From assembly GCA_013265495.1 (NCBI GenBank), contig MU057560.1, positions 124,001 through 188,000 of the forward strand: a stretch of DNA of 64,000 nt. The letters run 5' to 3'. Numbering within the stretch: position 1 is the stretch's first letter; each line of letters starts with the position of its first letter. The position numbers and the translations under genes are program-made. The notes below the pieces were generated by a model, which was given only the letters and a program-made list of their open reading frames with translations, made no database searches and was not told the DNA's origin. This DNA comes from Vicugna vicugna. Taxonomy: Eukaryota. Positions 36,968-50,600 of the stretch are shown one piece after another.

Positions 36968-37599
36968 TTTTCTAAGACTTTGTCAAATAGGAAGAAAGAC
37001 ATATCAACGAGATGCAAAATTATTATCTCGGTGGGAAAATTTGCAATATGAATTTTGTTTGCTGCTGTTAAAATAGACTTGAAAAGGGAGCTGATTTGAT
37101 CCGAATTTGGGCTCACGGTGACATCGCGATAACGTTCACCCTAGGTCACAGTTGACAATCAAAGTTAGCATATTCGTGATTAGGGCTCAGAAGGTCCTAC
37201 TGAATCCTCTGCTGCCGAACGGGAACCTTTCTGGGACACAGTCTTTCTGACTAACTGGGCCCTAATGAGGTTTGCTCCTGACAGAGAGATGGCGCCGTTT
37301 ATATTTTTCCAATAGCACAGCAGTGACACGTTTCAGTCTTTGGTCTCTCAGCGCCCCATCACCAGCTGTGTGACGGTAGGACTGGACGAGGTGCAGCCTT
37401 GGAGGTGCAATAATGACTGTGTAACTTCTCTTGTTTAGAGTGACAAGGCTGGACCTGATGGCTTCTCTTTTCCCTTTAATATCTGAAATTCCCTGAAAGT
37501 TGATTTTAGTAACTTTTGGGGTAGGGTTTAAATGCATTTTCTAAAAATGTAGTTTTTAAAATGTTATGTTCGAATCGGGTAATCTACCCTTACTATAGG

Positions 37600-37975
37600 C
37601 CGCACACACGTGTACACGCGTGCATACTCGCACACACACACTAAGTTGTTTCAAGGCCTTGGCTCCCATGATCGTGGGGGCTGGCAAGTCTGAGCTCCTT
37701 GGGGCAGACCCGCAAGCTGGACTCTCAGGCAGGAGCTGATGCTGCAGCCTTAGGGCAGAATTTCTTCTGTGGGAAACCTTAGTTTTTTTTTGCCTTAAAT
37801 CCTTTCAAAGGATTGGATGAAGCCCAATGGCTTTGTTGAAGAAAATCTCCTTTACTTGAACTCAACTGATTACAGCTTTGAAGCACGTTGACGCGTCACC
37901 TAGATTTGCACTGGACTGGATGGCTGTGCAAAAATTGTTGTCTAGCCAAACTGACACAGAAAACTAAGGACTGCA
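37600..37975 (-). mobile_element. MLT2 (ERVL) LTR
   Basis: 'ttggctcccatgatcgtgggggctggcaagtctga...gattggatgaagccca...ctagccaaactgacacagaaaactaa'. Confidence 0.85.
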
Positions 37976-39169
37976 GGACATGGAAAGAGAAAGGAACAAA
38001 AGCACCTTGATGCAAGCTTAATTCACTTTAAAATGAATGAATTCTTCACGGACGGTGGTAATGATTAGACTTGTTTGGGCTCCAGCGATCGAGGGTGACG
38101 AACACTGTTGTTCTGGAGGCTGGAGAGGAGCCTGGAGCAACCTCTGCTGGGGGTTCCCTGGAAAAGAGCCTCCCTTTCCCCAGCCCCATGTTTTGCAGCT
38201 GCAGTGGCCAGTGCACTCCTGACTTGAAGTACGAGGTGGAAATCTGGTTATTATCCTGCCCTGAGGGCATCTCCTATCCCTGAGCTCGTCTCCTGGAGCA
38301 GCCTGAGAGCACAGGACCAGCCCACGGTAGCCCTAGGCAAGATTATGTCCAAGCTTCCCAGTTCTCGTCTTGTTTTGTTGAACAGAAAGTCAGGAGCTGG
38401 GAGTCTGAGTGTCGCAGAAAGAGCGAAGATTTGCTGTGTGAAACCTGTAACCCCTCCTTCTCCCTCCCTCCCTCCCTACTCTTCAAGCCTGTTCCTCAGA
38501 CAGCTGAGCTTTGCAGCTCCCATTTTCCAAAGCGCTGGACACACAGATGTGCAGGGCATGGGTCCCTCCCCCTGGAAACTGCGCAGTGTTTGGGGTCTCT
38601 GTTGACTGCATTTCAGTTTTTGAGGATTTGTTTTTCTCCCCAGAAATGAGACCACCCTAGGACCAGGTCTAACCCAAGAGGACAGTGACTTTCAGCCTTT
38701 CAGTTTCCTTGGGGTGTGTCCCACAGGGAAGGCAATTCTGGAGAGAGCAGGAGCATCACTGGCTGCCCCGCTACAGGAATAAAATTTGCCTAAAAGGGAG
38801 TTTTGGGTTTTTTTTTTTAAAGAGGCTTTCAGTGTAAATCTTTCCTTCTATCACCCCTACAGAATCTTCTATAAGGTTTTTTTTTCTTGCTTAATGTGTT
38901 TTATATATATATATAAATATATATTCGAAGGAGCTGAGTTCTACGCCTAGACTGATGAAGCATGAAGACAGACTTCTGTCCCTAATCTGTGAACCAGTGG
39001 ATGGGGTGGAGGGGAAGAGTGACACCTGCGTTACAGGTGAAGTTCTGGTCTGACGTGTAACTTGGTGGAGATGCTTATCGGGCGGGTGGTCTGCGCACAC
39101 CAACGAGATGAGTCCCACGGCCTTAGAGACTCTCCTTCCTGCAGTAAACACGCGGAAATCACCGTGTGC

Positions 39170-39700
39170 TGAGAACTAGGGGTCCGGGGATACAAAAGGC
39201 ATAGTCCTTGCCCTCGAGGTTCTTAACAGTGCAGCAGTGTCAGGTATACATTTAAGCACTTCAGTATTTACCAGTCTGGTCGGCTAAGGAGGATTTGCGG
39301 GGTGCTGTGGGTGATGGGGGTTTGGAAATCAGCATGGGGAAATCTGTGAGGTCATCAGAAACTCAATCTGAGGCTTAAAAGGAGAATAGGAGTTTGTCAT
39401 TTCAGAAGGCAGGTAAGTAGGCATTTCCGGTCAGCAGAAAGATCCATGCAGTGGCACAGACCTGTGAGCGTGGAGCTCTCCAGGAGCGCCACGTATCTGA
39501 AGGATGAGGAGGCAAGCGTAGCCAGAACAGTTAGACAAACGTGTGTGGTCTACTCTTTGACAGCCTTGGGTGCCACAAAGAGGACCTGATATCCTGTAGC
39601 TGACTGAGTACAAGTGAGGACTGCTGAGGAAGCCAGTAGTAATAAGATGACAATGTGCACTGAAAATACATGCGTGTGGGACAGTTAGGAGATATGCGAG
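39170..39700 (-). mobile_element. LINE-2 fragment
   Basis: 'ggggatacaaaaggcatagtccttgccctcgagg...ctgaggcttaaaaggagaataggagtttgtca...tgcagtggcacagac'. Confidence 0.75.
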
Positions 39701-40439
39701 ACTAGAAACAAGGTTACAGAAAGAAAGTGATGGAAATGGTCCAGGCAGGTGAGAAAGACAGGTTTGCAGAAGATGCACGGAGGAGACAAGAAAGTGCATC
39801 TTTTGTTTTTGGTGGGGAGGGGTCGTAAAAATTGCAAATTTTGCTGTCTTTGCACGAAACAACCATGTATAATAGGCACACATCAGTATGTCTCTATCGA
39901 TTCATTCATTGCTGATTTTTTTTAAATGAAGACTTTTTTTTTTTTCCAGTTGGATAAAGACTATTTGCCAACTAAATTTTGTGTTGCTTGGGAGAAATTT
40001 AAAAATAAAGCCCTTATTTGTTCGCTAATTTATTAAATTTAAACAGGGTCCTACAACTATCCATCACACAGGAATCTACAGAGCCTAGGAAACATATATT
40101 AATGTATTTTATTATAACAAGAAAATTGCAGAAGTCCTATTAGTGATATGTATCATGCAGCTAACTGTTGTGCCCAGAGGCAGGCGGTGGAAAGTAATGG
40201 GCAATCTCTTCTTTGCATGGTGCTCCTACCAGGCAAACCAGGTAACAGCTTTTATCTTACTGCTTCAGTGGAGCGAGAGGAATATTCCCCAATCAAAACT
40301 CAGAGTATCTTCACATATTAGGAATTCATGTCATATTCCGATAAATGTATTTAGGATTCCATTAAAGATGCTCTTTTTAAAATTGCTGGGTTTTGCAAGA
40401 GTGCTAGCACCTTACAATATGTTACAATATTATCTCTAC

Positions 40440-40612
40440 TTATATGGTTTTATTAGAACTTCTCATAGTAGAAAAGCTATTATTTCTCTTATTTTATACT
40501 TTCAAAAATTGAGACTCAGACACGAAAAAAGAAGAGTTTGTTAAAGGTTACAGGGAAGTTAAACAGCAGAGATCAAACCAAATCAAACCTAAACCCAGGT
40601 TTTCTGCTCTTC
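40440..40612 (-). mobile_element. MIR SINE
   Basis: 'attttatactttcaaaaattgagactcagac...aaggttacagggaagtt...aaacccaggttttctg'. Confidence 0.7.
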
Positions 40613-40769
40613 CTGTAAACATGCCAGGACCAATCTTTCTATTTCTCTGGTGAATTCTAGAATGTGAAAGCTGAAAAATTCACGATTGTGCATTCAGTCG
40701 ACAAATATTTGTGTCTCTTAACTGTCAGTAAAGGAGACATTTACAAAGTGAAGGTGAGCAGAGAGAAAT

Positions 40770-41122
40770 TTAATTTTCCTCTGGGCATAGAAGCCGGTTA
40801 AACCTCCCTGTCCCCTTTTGTCCATGTGAGACTAAGTGATTAGTCTGGGGCAATGGAATGTTACCCGCTTCCAGCCCCTTCCTTTTATCCTCCACTCTCT
40901 CATCTTCCTTTTTTTCAGCCCCTGTTAGGGAGAGAGCTAGGAGACCCCATGTGTCAGTGGAGCCACTAAAGGGAAAGGCTCATGCCTGAACCATCACGTG
41001 GAAACTGACAAAACTTTCACTTCACTCCTGTGAGTGAGAAATGCACTTTTATTTTAATGACCCAATGAATATTGTAGTATATTTGTTACAGCATTTGAGC
41101 GTTACATATCCTGACTAATACA
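40770..41122 (+). mobile_element. Old MLT1 (G/H-like) LTR
   Basis: Contains 'ggcaatggaatgt' and ends 'gtgagtgagaaatgcactttt...tttgttacagca...tcctgactaataca'. Confidence 0.75.
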
Positions 41123-41303
41123 AATTCTATTTTTCTGCCAGCACCTAGTGGTTGCTACCATAATCTCGCATTTGGAATATTGAAATAACCCCAAAAGGAT
41201 CTTTTCTCATGCTCTCTTGCTCTACTCCAATCTATTTCCAATTTCATCCAGAAATATTTTTAAAGCAAAAATATGGTAAGTATATGCCATTGCTTAACAT
41301 CTT

Positions 41304-41424
41304 TTTTTTTAATTTGCATTCTTTTTTATTGACGTATAGTCAGTTTACAATATTGTGTCAATTTCTGGTGTATAGCATAATGTTTCAGTCATACATCTGC
41401 ATACATATATTCACTTTCATATTC
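41304..41424 (-). mobile_element. Short younger L1 3' tail with 13-bp TSD, inserted in an L2 remnant
   Basis: Poly(T) then 'ttattgacgtatagtcagtttacaatattgtgtcaatttctggtgtatagc'. The TSD tgcttaaca(t/c)ctt is at 41291-41303 and 41425-41437. Confidence 0.88.
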
Positions 41425-41615
41425 TGCTTAACACCTTAAATGGCTTTCCAAAGTTCTTAGGATAAAACTTCCCTGCAGGATCTGGTTCCTACCAATGTCA
41501 TCTCCCCTTGTTTCCTCCCTCTATCTCTCTCTCTCTCTGTTTCTTTCACACGATCTGTCTTTAGTTCTTCTATCACACTATGACAGAAAGTTATCTCTTA
41601 CTCCTATCTTCCTAC

Positions 41616-42450
41616 CCAGTGGTGTTCTGATTTAATGACCAGTTCTCTTGAAAAAAAAGTATGTGTGTGTAAATTTATTTTAAGAATTACAATTTTCAAA
41701 TAATTAAATATGCAATACTTTTTATTGTAAATTCCATTTTCCCGATTGATTCTCCTGGAAATCATTCTCTGATACTTGCCAAACTCTTGAATTCATCACC
41801 AGCCTATGGCTGCAATCAAATCATAATTTGACAAAATCAGACCATGAATAAATGTTTGATTACTAACTGATTTAGCAAAGAAGTTGTTCACAACATTGAC
41901 AAATGAATGTAGTTTCAACATGAATATTGGTTGATATTTTCATTTAATTAACAAAATAAAAAAGTAAAAAACAAAAACAAAAAAAACCCCAAAGATGTCT
42001 GTTGGAACCCCATGCATATTTGTCAAGAATATGAATGAGATATGAGGTAAGAGTTAAGAGAATGAGATAAGAGAGAAGAATTTTCAATTACTGGAAGAAA
42101 GTTGCTTCAATTTTGAGGGCTGCCTGCAGTGGAGCAGCTACTGACATGCACATCTTAAGTTTGTTCAGCCTTATTAAGATTGTTTTCATGATTTTCTTAA
42201 ATCTAGACAGCTTAATCTCTAATCTATACTATAAATCTAGCCCTCATTTTAAAAGCTTGCCTGTTTTTTATTGTGTAAATACTCCTGCCATGGCTGATTT
42301 CAACCTGTCAGTGTAACACTACTGAATGTGGAACTGGGAAGATACATGGTACTAGTACACCGTACAAATACAATAGACATAAACAATCTAGAGGAAACAG
42401 AGACTACTAAAATGCAATTGGGATGTGAGTTTTGAGTATTTATCACTTTC
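41616..42450 (-). mobile_element. MER63-family (hAT-Blackjack) DNA transposon relic
   Basis: TIR-like 'ccagtggtgttctg' at 41616. The stretch 'tgtaaatactcctgccatggctgatttcaa...gagttttgagtatttat' matches antisense MER63 as I recall it. Confidence 0.65.
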
Positions 42451-43117
42451 CTAATTTACTAAAAAGACCCTGAATTCCTGGGCCCCTGTGGAAAATCCAC
42501 CAAGAGTCTTTGTGAGCTGAGCTTTTAATGATGAAAATATTTGGTGTTACCACTACAAGGATACACACGTATGTTAAAATTTCACATCTATGTGGAGTAA
42601 TATTTGGGAACAAAGCTCATATTCTTTTAGAGTTTTAATACTTTTATTTTGTGTTAAAAACTATTCTAATTGTTGTTCTACCAGAGTGAGCAATTTTGAG
42701 TGTGTTGTATGTGTGTGGTGTGGCATATGGGAGTGAGTGGTGTATGTGTGTAAGTGTGTGGTGTGGAGGCGTGTACACATACACTTAAGGGCTAGGTCAC
42801 ATGGATTTTGATGGACGATTTTCTATCTAAACTTTAATGATCACTCCCTGTACACTGCTCCCTGCTTATATCACTCAATTTAAATCATTTTCTGTAGTCA
42901 AGATTTTGAAAGAGATGGCTAGACGGCATTCTTTCAGAAACCAGTAGATCATAAAAGGGTGTCTGTACATGGTGGTGGTGAGGGTGGTGAGGACAGAGCC
43001 CCTGAGTGTGGGGGTGGGATGGACTCAGACCACCCTTAGGTGCAGTTGTAGGGCTATCTGAAGAAGGTGTCACAAAATCCTGAATATGGGAGCCAGGATC
43101 TCTCCGCCCTCTCTTTC

Positions 43118-44062
43118 GAAAGCTAAATAGACATTTCTTCAAAGAAAAAATACAGATGGCCACAGGCATAGGAAAAGATACTCAGTATCACTAATTATCA
43201 GAGAAATTCAAATCAAAATTACCATGAGGTACCACCTCACACCAATCAAAATGGCCATTATCAGAAAGTCTACAAACATTACATGCTGGAAGGGATGTGG
43301 AGAAAGGAGAACCCTTCTATACTGTTGATGGGGATGTAAATTGGTGCAGTTACTATGGAGAACAGTATGGAAGTTCCTTAAAAAAACTGAAAATTGAGTT
43401 ACCATATGATCCAGCAATCCCACTCACTCCTGGTCATATATCTGGAAAACACAAAAATTCTAATTTAATAAAATATATATATCTTAATGTTCACAGCAGC
43501 ACTACTTATGATAGCTAAGACATGGAAGGAACCTAAATGTTCATGGACAGATAACTGGATAAAGAAGATGTGATATATATATGTATACATACATACATAC
43601 ATGTATACACACACACACACAATGGAATACTACTCAGCCATAAAAAATAATAAAAATAATGCCATTTGCAACAACATGGATAGACCTGGAGATTGTCATA
43701 CTGAGTGAAGTAAGTCAGAGAAAGACAAATATCACATGATATCAGTTATATGTAGAATCTGAAAAATGATACAAATGAACTATTTATAAAACAGAAATAG
43801 ACTCACAGATGTAGAAAGCACACTTGTGGCTACCACAGCAGAAGGGCAGAGGAGGGATAAATTGGGAATTTGAGATTAACAGATACACAACTGTATATAA
43901 AACAGAGAACAAGGACCTGCTCTATAGCATAGGGAACTACATTCACTGTCTTGCAATAATCTATAATGGAAAATAATCTGAAAAAATAATATGTATACAT
44001 AACTGAATCACTTTGCTGTATACCCAAAACATCGTAAATAAGTTATATTTCATTAAAAAAGG
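43118..44062 (+). mobile_element. 5'-truncated L1: ORF2 C-terminus plus 3'UTR and A-tail
   Basis: Encodes degraded 'LNRHFFKE..MRYHLTP', a cysteine-rich knuckle region and '[13 protein letters not shown]' (ORF 43297-43518). It also has 'aatggaatactactcagccataaaaa' and the same 3'UTR type as the 15623 copy. Confidence 0.95.
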
Positions 44063-46929
44063 AATTAGAACAGCTATCACAGTGACACATACAAAAAAAA
44101 TACAGCTTCTAAGCAAAGTATCCCCATGTGCGGCGAGGGAGTAGACCCTCCCTCATCGGAAAGTGACTGGTGGCCCACGGCGTGGGGGAGGAAATGCGAA
44201 CTTCCACCTCCACGGAACTCAGCCGCGTCAGCAGTGGGTCAGTCCCCCCCAGCTCCAGGGCTCTCCCTCTTCTCCTCCCTTGGCTTTATTTTCCCAGCAG
44301 TTTAGCTGCACAGTATGCTAAGGACAAAACTGGCTTCATTTGGACAACTCTTGTTTAATACCCCTTTCAAAATCCTGAGTTCCCAGATGGATTCCTTAAA
44401 TAAATCAGTGAACGTAATTGTTTAACGGACAACTAAAAGACAAAATAGATCAATAGGAATAAAATACAGGAAATGTTTCTCAGTCATGTTTCTGTTCATG
44501 AAAATGCCCATCCAAGACAAACAAGCCAAAGGTAACCACTCTACTCTTACAAGATCAGCTCAAGAATGGAACTGATGTGTGGAATGGCTTTTGAAGCTGC
44601 CTGTGTGGGCCTCTACCCGGCCAGTGGGCTGCTGTGATTTGTAGTCCAGGGATGAGAGTCAGAGCACTCTCCTTTTGTTTCATACGGCTTTCTTATTTGG
44701 TAAAATTTACTGAAAGTCGCTCAGAACTGGCGGAAGGTGATGACGAAGCAGGTGTCCCATCACCAGGAATCGCCCGGAACTATAAACACTCAGCACAACA
44801 GCGCACCTTCCCCTCAGCATCTCAGAGTCTTGACAAGCACGGACAAGGGTACCGGTGGCCAGGGGAGCGGACACTGAGGGGTGAGACCTGGTCCGCGGGC
44901 TGCACTGCGCAGAGCAGGAGGATCATTGCCCTGCGACCGCTAATCAGCGGATACTGATGCAAGCCCTTGCTCTGACTGCAGCCGGGTTAGTGAGTGTCTG
45001 CACAGGACAATGGGCTGAGAGGCCGTCTTCCCGTCAGGGACCCCCAGGAGGCAGGACTGCTTGTTCCGGCAGCTGCCTGCGAGGCAGGGGCGGCAGCAGC
45101 TGAGTCTTTACTGGATGTGGCCTGGAGCTTTCTGGGCTGGCTGCAGACAGCCGCACGGCCTGAACAGGGGCAGCACGGTCAGAAGATCTGTTTCTGGGTC
45201 CCCCTAAAGATTCAGATCTGTAGGCTGTTGCTCTCCGACGGAAGGCACGTAGAACTGCTCAGGGGGTTTGTACCTGAGACCTCTGGGTCTTGGTGGGCTG
45301 GGTAGTCCCTGGCACAGCGCCCAGGCAGCTCAGGGAAGAGGGGGAAGGACCCGCGCTCCCTGGTGCAGTTAGCCCTAGACCCCCAGACTTCTGCTTGAAG
45401 TTAAGCATCATCACTTTAAGGGGGAAACAATGAAAGACAAAGAAAGAAGGAAGGAAGGAAGGCAGGGAGAGAGCGAGGGAGGCAGAGTGAGAAAGAACAA
45501 GAAGAAACAGACAAGAAGGCAACCTCTGTGTACTCGGATCTGGAGGAAAAGTCCAGCAGGCTTGGACGAATACCATCTGAATATTTAATCATTCACTCTC
45601 TAGGAAAAACATCCTGGTGAACCGTCCATTTCCTCTGGCAGAGATGAGATCGGAGCTGTAGGATTAGAGAGGACATTTGCATGTTTCTCTGTTCTTCTGT
45701 CTCGTACACAGAAAGCCCATGGTTCCGATTACCAGTAATTCTGACACGTCGGACTCAGAACAGAGACACAGGCAAAGAAGCAGCCTGTTTTGGATTTCAG
45801 CGGAGGTGAGAGTGTGCCGTGCAAAGATCGAAAGAGCCTTGCATTTGTTTTGTCCTATGGTAGGTCTCAATTTCCCTTGCACCAGACAGTCCTGATTTCC
45901 AATATTTTGTTCCATGAAAGTCCCTTCAGGCTTTCATACGTGTCCGAATTGGAGTGTGATTTCAGTCCAGCTAATCCCCAACTCACTAGCCTTTTCAGCC
46001 CCTGGTCAAAGGTAAGTTTCAAGTAAAATTTTTTAGGTTGGTAGCTGTCTAATCAAAACAAAAACAAAAAGCAAAAGCAAAAATCAACACCACAACTCAG
46101 TTTTTAAAACATTTTCTCATCTTGTAAGAAAAGGGAAAACAGGTCCAAGATAATTAAATGACTTGGGTTAAATTCCTGTTTCCAATGTTCATTTTTCCCA
46201 ACTGTGACATGAAAGATACCTGTGTGTCTATCAGTCATTAGTGTTTTCAACTGACAAACTCACTCACTTTTAACTGCAGGACTCTTGAGTTCATTTGCGT
46301 GCTGAACACATTCACTCTCCACCTGGTTCTGCATCATTAGATGGCCAGAATGAAAATAAAGAGTGCTTTCTGTTATCTCAGCACCCCCTCCTCTGATGAC
46401 GCCAGTCTTGGGTGACGGTGGGCCCCAGGGCCTCAGGGAACACCTTACAGGTCTTTATTTTCTTCTGCTGAAAACCAAGTCCTAGCTGGCCTTTTGGTGC
46501 CCTAGGTTTATGAGAAATAGCCCTTCCCTTGTCATGTTTTGACACGACTGAAAAAAAAAACCTTTTACATCCAATTAGTTCAATTCTATAATATGCGCTT
46601 TTATGATCAAATTATTCATCCCCTGAAAAATGGAATATAATTATTTTAACATTTTAGACTTTTCATGCGTTGACTCCATTCTGCCTTCCACTCACACCCT
46701 CTCCATTCTCTCCTGTCTGAGTATTTGACCCGCGAGGCTGAGCATCCCCAGGTACGTGTGTGAGCATTTCTGTGCTCACTGTGAGGGTGAGGCACTAGTA
46801 TTGATTCCACAGGCCGAATCGGTTAAGTCTTCTTATCATTGCAAAACTCCATGTCGTCCACGTGGAGGACTCTGGTGGATAAAACACTGGGGACCCAGGA
46901 GAAATATGTGGGCCCTTGGCGTCTTTCGC

Positions 46930-47060
46930 TCTTGGCAGGTAACCTAAGTGAGAAATTGCCTTATTTCTGTCTATCTCTTTCACATCAAAATGAAGATGAT
47001 ACCAGTGGCCTCTTTTTCTTCATAGGGATGATTTTTGATCAAAGATAAAAAGACCTTCGA
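46930..47060 (+). mobile_element. MIR fragment
   Basis: 'aacctaagtgagaaattgcc...tttcacatcaaaatgaagatgatacc...catagggatgattttt'. Confidence 0.5.
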
Positions 47061-47659
47061 TTTTTAAAGCTAAAGTAACCATATAAATTTGTTTTTAATA
47101 AAAAAAAATTAGGGTATTTTCTGACAGTGGGGTATGCTGCTTTAAAACAGGAATATTCTGGAAAATCCTGGTAGGCATAAATTCTAATTTATGACAGAAA
47201 AGTGTCATTTATTTTTTTCCTTTTTATATGAAAACATATTCATTATACACAAGTCTGATCATTTTTGAAGTTGGTATTCACAACACGGCCATTATTGGAT
47301 GTTTAAGTATGCATGAATTTAACAGATAACTGGCATTGCTTTATAACTTCTGAATAAGGCTATAATTCTAGGGCTGTGATTTTGGGGTCGTTTTCCTTTT
47401 ATTCCTTCCAATAAAGGAGTCTTTCATGTCTACAGGGAGCTATCATCTTGAGTAATCTGCAGTTCTGATGCTCTGGGTTTCACTCCAGCAAGAGGCTCAT
47501 GAAATGAGGTTCAGCCCCACTGAAATAGAATGGAAACAGCTGAATTGTGATCTTTTTAAAAAAACATGTTCCTTGTTTTCCTTGGGTTTCTTAGCCACAT
47601 TTGCTTTTGTCATTTCTCATTAATCTTGTTTTGTTTTAGACAGAATTGAGGATTTGAGA

Positions 47660-47885
47660 ATGGAAACCAAGGGAAGTTGGAATGGATGGAAAACACGCTT
47701 GGGTGTGTGAGTGTGGGTAAGCTTTTTAAACTCTCTGAGCTTCATATTACGATGCGTCAAATAGATTTAATAGCATCTACTCCACGTCAATTATTTTCTG
47801 AGATGCAATCATGTAAGTATAGTCCCTCACAGTGCCTGGTGTATTGTGATTGTTCAAATGGGTATCTTTTATTATGATGATGATT
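47660..47885 (+). mobile_element. MIR SINE
   Basis: 'gtgggtaagctttttaaactctctgagcttca...cacagtgcctggtgtattgtgattgttcaaatg'. Confidence 0.75.
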
Positions 47886-48749
47886 ATCTGCACTGTTAGG
47901 AACCTTGACAATGGTCTAAACCAAAATGAAGACAGAAGAGAAGAGGCCGTGATAGTCTGGAGGATAAAGCTACCTGGCTTGAGGAGTCAGGTGTAAACTA
48001 CTCCCTGCGGTCAGCCAGGTCAGCTTATCTACCTGGGACCACGATGGCTGAGAGGCGATGATGGAGAATTCAGGAGGGACCAGTCTCTGCTCTAACCATG
48101 AATCTGTTGGCTGCTCTCCATTGCCAAGGGGCTCTGTTCTTCTGAAGGATGTTTGTTTATTTGTTTTTTATAGCTCAAGTTCCCTTTATTCCAATCCTCA
48201 TGAATACAGGGCAGTAAGGAGCAGCCAAGTTTTCCAGTCCTAGAAGTCTTTCCTACTCCCACTCAGCCTGCACTTAATCTGTCTCTCTTTGTCCCGAGTG
48301 TGTAAACAAGACGTGTTTGGCCAAGGCATTCGGCATGATTCTCACTGAAGAAGATAGATCAGACTATGAGGAGTGACTCTTCCAATCTGTGCATGAGCTC
48401 CAACAATAGGAGTCGAGCACCATTCTCTCTGGCATTTATTTGGACTTTGGGGGTAGGACTGAGCTGAATGTCTGAAACAGCAGGCAGACACGTAGAAAGG
48501 GGGTTTATGCAGCATGCCAGTTCCCAAACTCGCTGTGCTGTTTGGCTGAAGAAGCGGCAGAAAATAACTCTTGGAATATGATTCAGGTTGTGCAGCACTC
48601 TGGGATCAAAACTCAAAGGATTTTTTGGGAGGAGAGAAGTGGTGTTAACACTCCTAAGACAAGTGATAACTTTATGTTCCCATGAACCAGAGACTTAAAG
48701 GGAAGAATCAAAAGCAGCTCTTTGAAGTTAAAATAATAATAATAATTCA

Positions 48750-49285
48750 GTGGAAGGAATGGAAGAGAGGAAAATCAGGAAATTTCCCAGAAAGTTGAAC
48801 TTTTGCTCAAGGGACAGTTTATAACAAAGTTTGTAAAATTAAAGGCTCAGCCCAGAAGGTACAACACGCAAGTAATAGCATCTAAGGACAAAGAAATCAA
48901 AGGAAAAGGAGAGAAGAAAATCTTCAATGAAACACTAGAAGAACAATTCTGAGAGGAAACAAGGGCCACGGGTTTTACAATTGAAGGTATCCAGCACAAT
49001 GGAGGGAAAAAGACCCCTTACTGAGTCACACTATCTATGGCATTTTCAGAGACAATGATCCTAAAACCTCTCCGAGAGGAAAAGGAAGTCACTCACAAAG
49101 CATTTAGATTCAGAACATTGTAGACTTGAGAACAGCAGCACTGCGATCTGCAGGAAAATGGAATGATGCCTTCCCGATTCTGAGTAAAGTTGATTTTAGA
49201 CTTATATTCATCACCCAGGGAGACCATCAGTGGGTATGAGGATGGAGTGAGATATTTTCATACCTGCAAGGTGTCAACAGTTTGC
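48750..49285 (+). mobile_element. HAL1 / L1 ORF1-like remnant
   Basis: 'cccagaaggtacaacacgcaagtaatagca...ccagcacaatggagggaaaaagacc...gatcctaaaacctctccgagag...aatggaatgatgccttc' follows HAL1 ORF1 consensus. It is degraded. Confidence 0.75.
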
Positions 49286-49779
49286 TAGGACAGGATGTGC
49301 TGCACACTGTTATGGCCACCCGTGGACATTCGTGAACCGTCTTCTCAAAAATGTGTTTACCCATCACCTGGTCCCAACAGAGCGATCTCAGCATTTCTGT
49401 TACTGAAACATCTTTGGTTCCTTTGTGGAATGTGTGGTATTTGCTAATAGCAATTAAACATTGTTCCCCCAGATGTTTCTGAATGTCTACGAGCAGCATA
49501 AAGGCAGACATTGTTTTTAATTATTCTTTACTGCATACCCAGTGTTGGACATACTGTGATGACTCGGGTACTGTGGAAAGAGAGACACCAGGAAAGAGAC
49601 AATGAAGAGAAAGGAAACATCAAATGGCTGTACCCCTTGGCGCATGTTTCTTCTTCTGATTGAAACTTGTAATGCGACAACCATGTGATAAAATCTCACA
49701 GGAAAATTCTGTTTAACCTTAATTGGTAAGGGCACCTACCCCCTTAACAACACTCTTTTTCCCCTTTCATACTTTTGTT

Positions 49780-50600
49780 TTTGTTACGCAATATATAGCA
49801 CAGTCCAACCACGCAGTCAGTACGCTTGCATATTGACTAGACCCTCAGAATGAAACTCCCTTCACTGCCACCTGCCATCCCCACCTCATGGGTAGTTTGA
49901 CATACTGTTACACATTTACGTACACAATATAAACGTGTGCACACATGTTTTATATCATTAGTGGGACATAGTAAACAGACCTCTTTCTTAATATTTGCTT
50001 TAAAATATGAATATGCATTTTTAGGTCAGCACATACACCATTAACTCATCATTTCTAATAACTGTGTGAGTGTGTTTATTCCATGGAGTTTGCCATGGTT
50101 CATTTTACCACTATCTTATTGATGCACATTTATACTACTTACTGCTGTACCAAGTGTGGCAATAAATATCCTTATATTTAAAAATTTAACTTTTTGGGAA
50201 TGTCCTTGCAAAAACAGTTTCCTAGAAATCCAATTACTAGATCAAACAAAAGTCACATTGTTGGTGGGTATGGACAATCAGTATTTAGTAAAAGTTCTAC
50301 CAGCTTGTACTCCCATCAAGATTGTGATCCTGCCAGTTTCACACGTTTTTGCAACACTTTAAAAACTTTTCCAATATATTGGATTAAAAAATAATACTTA
50401 ATTATAGTTCTAATTTGTTTTCATTTGACCACTAAATGATGTTAATCTTCTTTTTCTGTATTAATTGGCCATAAATTTTTTTCTTCATGTATTGCCTGTT
50501 CATTTGTTTTGCTCAGTTTCTGTTAGCTTGTGAATATTTTCTTTCATTGATCTGTAGATGCTTTTTATATATTCTTGAATATTTTATCCTTTCCTTTTCT
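49780..50600 (-). mobile_element. Old L1 (L1ME-like) 3' fragment
   Basis: 'ttcctagaaatccaattactagatcaaa...taccagcttgtactcccatcaag...tgtattgcctgttcatttgttttgctcagttt...gatctgtagatgctttttatatatt'. Confidence 0.8.
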
